Made by a program: the position numbers and the translations under genes
The notes under the pieces: model-generated
What the model saw: only the letters and a program-made list of their open reading frames with translations
Databases searched by the model: none
What the model was told of the DNA's origin: nothing
Shown here: piece after piece, positions 23,564 to 34,469 of the stretch
Numbering within the stretch: the first letter of the stretch is position 1
Layout: each line of letters begins with the position of its first letter
Assembly: GCF_963921235.1 (NCBI RefSeq)
Contig: NC_086108.1
Coordinates: forward strand, 96,412,001-96,476,000
From: Mobula hypostoma
Taxonomy: Eukaryota
Length of the DNA stretch: 64,000 nucleotides
Reading direction: 5' to 3'

Positions 23564-26500
23564 GACTGGAATCCTGTGTCTAGTGGAGTGCCGCAGGGAT
23601 CAGTGCTGGGTCTGTTTTGTTTGTCATCTACATCAAAGATCTGGATGATAATATGATGAGCTGGATCAGTAAATTTGTGGGTAACACCAAGATTGGGGGT
23701 GTAGTGGACAGCGAGGAAGACTATCAAAGCTTGCAAAGCTTCTGGACCATCTGGAAAAATAGGCTAAAAAATGGCAGATCAAATTTATTGCAGACCAGTA
23801 TGAGGTGTTGCACTAACCAGGGTAGGTCTTACACAGTGAGTGGTAGAACAAAGGGATCTGGGAGAACAAACCTACAGTTCATTGAACGTGGTGTCACAAT
23901 TAGATACAGTTGCAAAGAAACCTTTTGGCACATTGGCCTTCATAAATCAAAGTATTGAGTACAGGAGATGGGATGTTATATTGAAGTTGCACAAGATGTT
24001 GGTGAGGCCTAATTCAGAGTATTGTGTACAGTTTGTGTCACCTACCTACAGGGAAGATGTAAAGAAGAATCAAAGAGTGAAAAGAAAATTTACGAGGATG
24101 TTTCCAGGACTTGAGGACCTGAGTTATAGGGAAACGTTGAATTGGTTAGGACTTCATTCCTGAGGGCGTAAAAGAATGAGGGGAGATTTGATAGAGACGT
24201 ACAAAATTATGAGGGGTATAGATAGGGTAAATTCAAGCAGTCTTTTTCCACAGAGGTTGGGGGAGACTAGAACTATAGGTCATGGGTTAAGGGTGAAAGG
24301 TGAAGTGTTTAAGGAAAATGAGAAGGATGGTGAGAGTGTGGAATGAGCAGCCAGTGGAAGTGGTGGATGTGGGGTTGATTTCAACATTTAAGCTAAATTT
24401 GGAAAACTACATGGATAGGAGGCTATAGAGAAATATGGTCTGGGTGCAGGTGAATGGGACGAGGCAATTAATGGTTTGGCACAGACTAGATGGGCTGAAG
24501 GGCCTGTTTCTGTGCTCTATGATTAACAAGTCTTCTCCTCCCTCTCAGGCTGGCACATCATGTCATCTAGTGTCTCTGGCTCTCCACATACTGTCCATTT
24601 CTCCCCTTAACTCTCCCCATTCTGATGAAAGGCTGAAATGCTAATCAGGATTTTCTCTCCACAGATGCTTCTTGCTTTCAGTATTTGCAGCATTTCAGTT
24701 TTTGATTCAGATATCCAGCACCTGCAGCTTTTTACTTATCTGTAACTGGCCTGATAATAATTACCTTGTTTCTTGTGGACAGGACACGTGTCCCCAAAAA
24801 AGGCCACAAGTAAGTGCAAAGTAATCAGATTTAATTGCACAGCACTGGGTAGAGCAACGCAGGGGGCAGTTACTGTTGCCATAGCTAAAACAGGTTGTGA
24901 AAATGTCAGGGTAAGAAACACAAACCAATCTTGCAAATGCTTACCCTCTACCCAATAGCCTCATTAGGAGGAATAGCCTCCACAGAACAAATAGACCCCA
25001 CTAATTCAAATGTGTCCAAATATTACCCAAGTTAGACAAAAATCATGGTTATTAGATCATATCCCAGGGCAACACTGAACCCTATGAGACACCCTCTGGA
25101 AAGTAATGAAGCAGGAGAAAATTTAAAGTACCTAATTTTGCCATTTCTTAATGTTACTTTTCACAGCCAAGTAAACTGGCACCTTTTCTTTGGTTCTGTT
25201 ATCTGAAACCACTTTTTATTGTGACCTCAGCTGTTCTCATTTCTGTATTTATTGAAAAACTCAATGCTACTGATCTTGAAAGATTTATCCCATTTGGTGT
25301 TCTGAAAAATTGTTACTCAACTCTATGAAAAGCCATTCAGCAACAAGATCTGTCACTGGAATCCATTTCGATTTGACTCGTGTTTGCATTTCCTGAACAC
25401 TATATGAAATACAGTGGATTCTGGTTAATTGAGACTCATCAGGACCAGTACATTTTGGCCCAAATAGGCAGCTGTCCCAATTAGCCAAAGTTTCATGGAA
25501 ATAGTGAAGAAGGTATAAAAAAGACAAACTACTGTTTAACTGAGTAACAAATTATGAACTTAACTGAAATACATAATAAATCAGAATACCACCAGAACTA
25601 CTACAGTACTATAAAACTATTAGTTCCTATTAGTTATCTATGCAGGAATTAATTCAGTGTAAGCTGACATGTTCTTTTGATTGACTGCAAATTAACAAAA
25701 TCAGCACAGACACCTGGTGCAAATAGTGGACTGCCACCAAACAATACCTTCAACAATTGCATCCTCCAGATCTTCATTTTCATTGTAACATTCGAGAGGA
25801 TTATCGATACCTTCAAATTCTTTGTAGTTCCTAATTTGTTGAAGTAGTGAAATCATTTTATTTTCACTCCAGCTTGTTTCTGGCATCTTCAAGCCTGAAT
25901 GCTTGAAACCTCAGTGAGCAAAACAGTTCTGAATTGCCTCACTGTTAATTACTCTCTCAACTGTCAGTGACAAAATCACTGCTTTTTGAGCACAAACACA
26001 CAAGTGACGCTATTTAAAAACTGCTTGTTCTAAGCAAGGTGTAGTGTGTAACAATCATACGACGTGCATGTTACAGACACTAGTTGGAAATTGTTCAGCA
26101 ACAGTCTCCTGCCCCAATTAAGTGTCATAATGTCCCAAATAATAGAAACATAGAAAACTTACAGCACAATACAGGCCCTTCGGCCCACAAAGTTGTGCCG
26201 AACATGTCCCTACTTTAGAAATTACTAGGGTTACCCATAGCTCTCTATTTTTCTAAGCTCCATGTACCTATCCAAAAGTCTCTTAAAAGACCCTATTGTA
26301 TCCACCTCCACCACCGTTGCCAGCAGCCCATTCCATGCACTCACCACTCTCTGCGTAAAAAACTTACCCTTGACATTTCCTCTGTACCTGCTCTCAAGCA
26401 CCTTAAACCTGTGTCCTCTTGTGGCAGCCATTTCAGCCCTGGGAAAAAGCCTCTGATTATCCACACGATCAATGCCTCTCATCATCTTATACACCTCTAT

Positions 26501-26591
26501 CAGGTCACCTCTCATCCTCCGTTGCTCCAAGGAGAAAAGGCCGAGTTCACTCAACCTGTTTTCATAAGGCATGCTCCCCAATCTAGGCAAC

Positions 26592-27190
26592 CATTATTTC
26601 TTGCGGAGCATGAAGAAAGCTCACCTCTGTCCCAGGATACTGATGGACTTTTACCGCTGTACCATTGAGAGCATACTCACCAACTGTATCTCAGTGTGGT
26701 ATGGCAATTGTCCCATATCGGACCGCAAAGCGCTCCAACATGTGGTGAAAAATGCCCAGTGGATTATCGGCACCCAATTGCCCACCATTGACAACATCTA
26801 CCATAAACACTGCCTGGTCAGGGCGAAAAGCATTATCAGGGATGCATCTCACCCTAACCATGGACTTTTTACTCTCCTCCCATCCGGTAGGCGCTACAGG
26901 AGCCTCCGCTCCCGCACCAGCAGGCACAGGAAGAACTTCTTCCCTGAGGCTGTGACCCTGCTGAACCTCACAGCGACACAGTGTTAGCATCACAGCGGTA
27001 AGCAGTATTGCATATGTATTGTACTGTCTCAATACTTTTATATTTGTGAGCTGTAGCACTTTTTTTATTCACAGTTATTTTGTAAATAACACTATTCTTT
27101 GCACTTCTGGTCAGATGTTAAATGCATTTCACTGGCTTTGTATCTGTACTCGGCACAATGACAATAACATTGAATCTAATCCAATCTAAT
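26592..27190 (+). mobile_element. Rex1/Babar-like LINE 3' end nested in CR1
   Basis: FYRCTIESILTNCISVWYGNC...HPNHGLFTLLPSGRRYRSLRSRTSRHRKNFFP; (AATCT)n tail. Confidence 0.85.
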
Positions 27191-27645
27191 CATCCTGGTT
27201 AATCTCCTCTGCACCCTTTTTATGGTTTCCATGTCCTTCCTGTAGTGAGGTGACCAGAACTGAGCACAGTACTCCAAGTGGGGTCTGATCAGGGTCCTAT
27301 GTAGCTGCGACATTACCTCTCAGCTTCTAAGTTCAATTCCACGATTGATGAAGGCCAATGCACCGTATGCCTTCTTAACCACCAAATGAAACCTGTGCGC
27401 ATGCGCCGGTCGTGCATGCAGCCTGTTACAGTTGCTCCATTTCTTACTTTTTAAACTTAGGTTATTTGTTGTATTTTTTCTCACGGTTTTTTTAACCAAT
27501 TTCCCCTGGGATCAATAAAGTATGACTATGACTATGACAACCTACGCAGCTGCTTTGAGCATCCTATGGACTTGGACCTTAAGATCCCTCTGATCCTCCA
27601 CATTGCAAAGAGTCTTACCATTAATACTATATTCTGACATCGTAT

Positions 27646-28322
27646 TTAGATTATGAACACACGCAGTCCTCTTTTATTGTCATTTAGTAATGCATGCATT
27701 AAGAAATGATACAATATTTCCTCCAGTGTGATATCACAAAACACAGGACAGGCCAAGACTGAAAAAACTAACAAAACCACATAATTATAACACACATCAA
27801 AGTTGCTGGTGAACGCAGCAGGCCACGCAGCATCTTTAGGAAGAGGTACAGTCGACGTTTCAGGCTTAGAACCTTCGTCAGGACATTTTAATTATAATAT
27901 ATAGTTACAACAGTCCAACAATACCATAACTTGATGAAGAAGTCCATGAACACAGTAAAAAGTTCAAAGTCTCTCAAATGTCCCACATCTCACGCAGACG
28001 GGAGAAGGAAGAAAAACTCTCCCTGCCATGCCAACCACAGTCCGACTCTGAGTCATCCGAAAACTTCGGGCCTCCGATTCAGCTCTCCAACACCGAGTAC
28101 TGAGCGCCCTCTCTGTCTGAACCATTCGACCTCAATCTTAGTCGCCAACAGCAGGCAAAGCCAGGGATTTTGAGGCCTTCCCTCCGGAAGATTCCCGACC
28201 GTGCAATAACGACAGCAGCGAAAGTGCGTTTCAGAAATTTCTCCAGATGTTCCTCTGTGCTTTCACGTCTGTCTCCATCAAATCAGAATTGTCCAGGGCC
28301 CTTATTTAACGGAAACGATATC
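27646..28322 (-). mobile_element. Second copy of the unclassified ~690-bp repeat, nested in CR1
   Basis: Aligns by eye with 3257-3895. Confidence 0.7.
27791..27888 (-). mobile_element. 98-bp PLE-derived insertion headed by an intact hammerhead motif (27851-27884)
   Basis: 9-bp TSD TAATTATAA at 27782-27790 and 27889-27897. The paralogous empty site is at ~3401-3425. Minus strand GUC-CUGACGA-AGG(UUCUAAG)CCU-GAAAC-GUC-GAC. Confidence 0.88.
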
Positions 28323-31300
28323 ATTTGACCTACCAAAATGAACCACTTCACACTTATCTGGGTTGAACTCCATCTGCCACTTCTCAGCCCAGTTTCTATC
28401 AATGTCCCGCAGCAACCTAGCAACCTCTGACAGCCCTCCACACTATCGACAACACTCTCAACCTTTGTGTCATCAGCAAACTTACTAACCCATCCCTCCA
28501 CTTCCTCATCCAGGCATTTATAAAACTCACGAAGAGAAGGGGTCCCAGAACAGATCCCTGAGGCACACCACTGGTCACCAATCTCCATGCAGAATATGAC
28601 CTGTCTACAACCACTCTTTGCCTTCTGTGAGCAAGCCAGTTCTGGATCCACAAATCAATGTCCCCTTGGATCCCATGCCTCCTTAATTCCTCAATAAGCC
28701 TTGCATGGGGTACCTTATTAAATGCCTTGCTGAAATCCATATACAATACATCTACTGCTCTTCCTTCATCAATATGTTTGGTCACATCCTCAAAAAATTC
28801 AATCAGGCTTGTAAGGCACAACCTGCCTTTGACAAAGCTATGTTGACTATTCCTAATCATATTATACCTCTCCAAATGTTCATAAATCCTGCCTCTCAGG
28901 ATCTTCCCTATCAAGTTACCAACCACTGAAGTAAGACTCACTGGCCTATAATTTCCTGGGCTATCTCTACTCCCTTTCTTGAATAAGGGAACAACATCTG
29001 CAACCTTCCAGTCCTCCGGAACCTCTCCCATCCCCATTGATGATGCAAAGATCATCGCCAGAGGCTCAGCAATCTCCTCCCTTGCCTCCCACAGTAGCCT
29101 GGGGTACATTTCATCCGGTCCGGCAACGTATCCAACTTGACACTTTCCAAAAGCTCCAGCACATCCTCTTTCTTAATATCTACATGCTTAAGCTTTTCAG
29201 TCTGCTGCAAGTCATCACTACAATCATCAAGATCCTTTTCCATAGTGAATACTGAAGTAAAGTATTCATAAAGTACCTCTGCTATTTCCTCCAGTTCCAT
29301 ACACACTTTCCCACTGTCACACTGGATAGGCCCTATTCTTTCATGTCTTATCCTCTTGCTCTTCACGTACTTGTAGAATGCCTTGGGGTTTTCCTTAATC
29401 CTGCCCACCAAGGCCTTCTCATGGACCCTTCTGGCTCTCCTAATTTCCTTTTTAAGTTCCTTCCCGTTAGCCTTACAATCTTCTAGATCCCGAACATTAC
29501 CTAGCCCTCTGAACCTTACGTAAGCTTTTCTTTTCTTCTTGACTAGATTTACTACAGCCTTTGTACACCACGGTTCCTGCACCCTACCATAATTTCCCTG
29601 TCTCATTGGAACGTACCTATGCAGAACTCCACACAAATATCCCCTGAGTATTTGCCACATTTCTTCTGTACCTTTCCCTGAGAACATCTGTTCCCAATTT
29701 AAGCTTCCAAGTTCCTGCCAGATAGCCTTACAGTTCCCCTTACTCCAATTAGACACTTTTCTAACTTGTCTGTTCCTATCTCTCTCCTATGCTATTGTAA
29801 AGGAGATAGAAATATGATCACTATCTCCAAAATGCTCTGACACTGAGAGATCTGACACCTGACCAGGTTCATATCCCAATACCAAATCAAGTACAGTCTC
29901 TCCTCTTGTAGGCTTATCTACATATTGTGTCCAAGAAACCCTCCTGAACATACCTAACAAACTCCACCCCATCTAAACCCCTTGCTCTAGGGAGGTGCCA
30001 AACGATATTTGGGAAATTAAAATTTCCCACCACGACAACTCTGTTATTATTACACCTTTCCAGGATCTGTTTCCCTATCTGCTCCTTGATATCCCTGTTA
30101 CTATTGAGCGGCCTATAAAAAACCCCTTCCTGTTCCTAACCTCCACCCACAGCGACTATGTAGACAATCCCTCCATGACATCCACCTTTTCTGCAGCTGT
30201 GACACTATCTCTGATCAACAGTACCACACCCCCACCTCTTTTGCCTTCCTCCCTGTCCTTTCTGAAACATCTAAAACCTGGCATTTGAAGTAACCATTCC
30301 TGTCTGAGCCATCCAAGTCTCTGTAATGGCCACCACATCATAGCTCCAAGTACAGATCCATGCTTTAAGCTCATCCGCTTTGTTCACAATACTCCTTGCG
30401 TTAAAATAGACACATCTCAAACTGTCAGTCTGAGCTCGTCCCTTCTTTATCACCTGCCTATCCTCCCTCACAAACTGTCTCCAAGCTTTCTCTATTTGTG
30501 AGCCAACTGCCTCTTCCACAGTCTCTTTAGTTCGGTTCCCACCCCCCCCCCCCACAATTCTAGTTTAAACTCTCCCCAGTAGGCTTAGCAAACTTCCCTG
30601 CCAGGATATTAGTCCCCCTGGGATTCAAGTGCAACCTGTCCTTTTTGTACAGGTCACACCTGCCCCAAAAGAGGTCCCAATGATCCAGAAATCTAAATCC
30701 TTGCCTCCTGCTCCAATCCCTCAGCCACGCATTTATCCTCCACCTCATTCTATTCCTATACTCACCTATAATCCCGGCTATTTTCTTAATTAGTTTTTGT
30801 TCTTTAAGAGTTGTCCCAAATAAGCAGCTGCTCCGATTAACTGATGGCCCAATTAACCGGAATTCACTGCATACACTTTTCTTCTGTAGATACCATAACA
30901 TTATTCTCTTTGAATATTTGACTCCATTGTGCGCCAATTAAAGCAACAAGGGAGATTGGAACATCGAGGCGAATTGGGAAGATGAGTGCAAGCTGCCTGA
31001 CTTCTGATCACTCTGCTACCAGAAAGGGGGGAGCCTGCCGCTGTGCCCAGAGAATGTTACACAGGTCTTCTGCGTTTTGGATATGGACTTGGACTATAGA
31101 CCATTTTTCAGTTTTATAGGTTTTTATATTGTGTTTTTCACCCGATCTTTCTCTTTTTTTTTGCGTGTGGGGAGGGGGATTTGGGGGTCGATGTGCCTGC
31201 CTATTTTGCTAGCTTTTTTGTCCGGGAGGAAGGATTGGGGGTTGATGTGCCTGTTCCATTTTTGCTCTTCTTTTGTGCGGGGAGTTGGGGGGCGGGATTT

Positions 31301-31432
31301 GGGAGGTTTTGATTGTGCTGCCTTTTTTCTCTTTATTGATTTCATGACTACCAGGAGGATTTCAGCGTTGCATACTTAGATACTAAATGAACCTTTGTTG
31401 CAAATTGACTTGCTAATTTTGCATATCAATAG

Positions 31433-31955
31433 CATTTGAGGAAGGACATTCTTGCTGTTGAGGGAGTGTAGCGTAGGTTCACAAGGTTAATTCCCGGGAT
31501 GGCGGGACTGTCATATGTTGAAAGATTGGAGCGACTGGGCTTGTATACACTGGAATTTAGAAGGATGAGAGGGGATCTGATTGAAACATATAAGATTATT
31601 AAGGGATTGGATACGCTGGAGGCGGGAAGCATATTCCCGCTGATGGTTGAGTCCAGAACCAGAAGCCACAGTTTAAGAATAAGGGGTAGTCCATTTAGAA
31701 CGGAGTTGAGGAAAAACTTTTTCACCCAGAGAGTGGTGGATATGTGGAATGCTCTGCCCCAGAAGGCAGTGGAGGCCAAGTCTCTGGATGTTTTCAAGGA
31801 AGAGATGGATAGAGCTCTTAAAGATAGCGGAATCAAAGGTTATGGGGATAAGGCAGGAACTGGATACTGATTGTGGATGATCAGCCATGATCACAGTGAA
31901 TGGCGGTGCTGGCTCAAAGGGCCGAATGGCCTACTCCTACACCTATTATCTATTG
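31433..31955 (+). mobile_element. CR1 3' fragment
   Basis: ORF 31499-31870 GLSYVERLERLGLYTLEFRRMRGDLIETYKII...WNALP. Confidence 0.9.
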
Positions 31956-34469
31956 TCATTTACACTCTTAGAGTAGTTTCAAAAAGCTCCACATATTCTG
32001 ACCCTTTGTATCAAATTTAATCTTTTTGATCATATTGGCTGTTCGGAAGATACAACAGGGGTACATTTCTGTACCATAAGGACGAGTATCTCTTACTCGG
32101 ACCCAATGTAATTCCCATTTCATTATCATATTTAAGTTATAGAGCTCTACAGCACAGAAACAGGACCTTTCATCCATCTAATCCTGGCCAAACTGTTTTC
32201 CTGTCTAGTCCCATTGACCTGCACCTGGACCATAGCCCTCCATAGCCTCCCAACCATGTACCTATACAAATGTTGCAATCAAACTCACATCAAACACTTC
32301 TACTGGCATCATACTGAATGAAGAAGTTCCCCCTCATGTTTCCCTTAAATACTTCACCCTTCATTCTCTAGTTCTGGGCTGATGCAACCTCAGTGGAAAT
32401 AGCCTACTTGCACTTACCCTAACTATAGTCCTCATATATCATGAAATGATACAGAGCTGCCCTCAAGCATATGCTGCCATTCCGCTGATTAGCACTGCTC
32501 TGTAAGTTAATTTCATTTCCTGCCTTTTCCACATTTCCCTTGGTGAACTAAAATCTAAAATTTAAAATTCACAATTGGCTTAATATCAAATGGCATTTGC
32601 AGAGGTGAATTCCAAACTTTTATTATCACTCTGAGTGTAGAATTATTCCCTAACTTCACTTGCAAAATGCCTGAATCTAATTTTTGCTCTGTCAGCAAAC
32701 AGTCATTAAATCCTCTGTTTAATGCCCCTCAATATCTTGAAACTTCCTTCAAATGAACACGTAACCTTCAAAATTCCAGAGAATGAAGCAATTGTATGGA
32801 AAGCAGTGCAAGACAAAGTAAACAAACGAGGGCAGTGATATCAGTGAAACAGACAGAAATGGTTAACTCAGGAAGTGTTATTTTCAGTATTCTGCAAAAT
32901 ACAGGTTAATTGAGAAGCATGTTCACCTGCCTTGGTCCCAGATTTGTGATGCAAACGAGTGGGTGCACTTTGATTGCACTTGCAGTCTGTGATAATTTGA
33001 GTTCTGAGTGCAAACAGCATTCACAGTACAGTCCTTACTAATGAGAAGCTCCAGGAGGAATTACAGTGCTAGTTTGTTTTCGTAAAAGGTCATCCAGCTA
33101 GTTAGCAGCCTGTTTGTAACGAATGCATCATCATGCACTTCGAGCAAAATAATAAGCGAATGTGAATAAAAAGCAAAATTCAAAATGAACTTTGAGGAAA
33201 CAGTGGATTACAAAATGGAACAGATACCCAATTCTTTGTAGATTCATTCTCCATTTCAGAAGTGTATTAGATGAATGACTTTAAACTCCAGATGCTGTAT
33301 ACACTTTATCTTGGCAGGAGTGATGGCGGTGGGAGGGGCAGAAGGTGGGGGGAGGGAGAGAGAGAAGGTTTGGATTACAGGCTCCAAGAAGTCTAGAGAA
33401 CCACATGTCTATTATAAATTCACTATTTCAGAACACAATACTATCAACTTAACATCAGTTTCCCATTACAGTGGTTAATTTCAATCACTAGATTGTCGGG
33501 TACAAAACCCACCTTACTGCTGCCCACTTCCAGCCAGTTCATCCTGTCACAGCTCCACTGACGTATTTTATTGCTTTAAACTGAACAGATGAACCGCAAC
33601 CTTGGAACTTCACTAATCTGGAGCTGTAATCATAAGAAATGACAAATATAATGAACACTGAAGTCACTACATTCAGCTCATTAAATGTGGCTGATAGTGA
33701 TCTAATGGCAAAGCACATTGTTCACTGCCACGTAGCCACACTCAGTGGCCACTTTAGTAGGTACCTCCTCTGGCCATCGAGTGTCTACGAGGCATGGAAC
33801 AACTTGAATATATAGTCTATTCCATGCAGAACAAGGCATTCAGAGGCACTTTATGGAAGAGATAAAAGTAGTTGCTGGGGCCTAGTATGGAAAGATGAGG
33901 GTGGTACGATGATGTGGTGGTGAGCATAACACTGTAACAGGCAGGTTCATTCCAAAGGAGTTTCTACACTCTTCCTGTGACCATGTGGGCTTCCTCCCAC
34001 TTGCCAAGTATATATGGGATGGTAGGTTAAATTGGTTACATGGGTGTAATTGGGCAGTGTGCGTTCAATAGGCAGAAGGGCCTGTTACCACGCTGTATCT
34101 CTCAATAAAAAAAATAAAACAATTGAAAGACTGATTGGAAAATAACCAGTTTTCAGATATGGAGAGATATTAAGAGGTTATTGGGTGGTTATCCGGTGAA
34201 AAGTTCTGATTTAACTAACAGCTCATCGATCAACTGTCCAGTGGCAGGAGTAACAGCAGTACTAAAGTCAAACCATTTCCAAGTCAAACATACACACCTA
34301 TTACACATGCAGTTCCCAAAACAAACGGATAGCCATCAGCATTTACAAATAACATTTGAAAGTTGAGTTTGTGCCCTTTGAAGCTCCAGTTTCAATCCTT
34401 TTCATTTAAGTTGGCAGAAATGCAGTTTTGCTTCTTATTCACAAATACACAACTTGGAAATTAAACAGA

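Larger units (their letters stand above)
19930..24520 (+). mobile_element. CR1 ORF2 remnant split by later insertions (20441-22650 and ~23116-23563)
   Basis: The RT frame stops at GCCCTAGCA (~20439) and resumes at GATATTG...TCCTTAGCCACAG (~22652). It breaks again at TGCCTCTCTGA (~23117) and resumes at TCTGACTGG...GGAGTGCCGCAGGG. Confidence 0.8.
26143..30768 (-). mobile_element. CR1 LINE (end of ORF1 through tail) carrying several nested insertions
   Basis: KKDRLHLNPRGTNILAGKF (ORF1 end), YFNARSIVNK, GDSDH, RT ORF 28417-29109, C-terminal ORF 26231-26590; TTCTATGT tail at the left end. Confidence 0.92.
25412..30869 (-). mobile_element. Tigger/pogo-like non-autonomous DNA transposon split by a 4.6-kb CR1 (arms 25412-~26142 and ~30769-30869)
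   Basis: TIRs CAGTGGATTCTGGTTAATTG and CAATTAACCGGAATTCACTG, flanked by TA and CA. The joined arms are colinear with the copy at 41066-42265. Confidence 0.8.
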
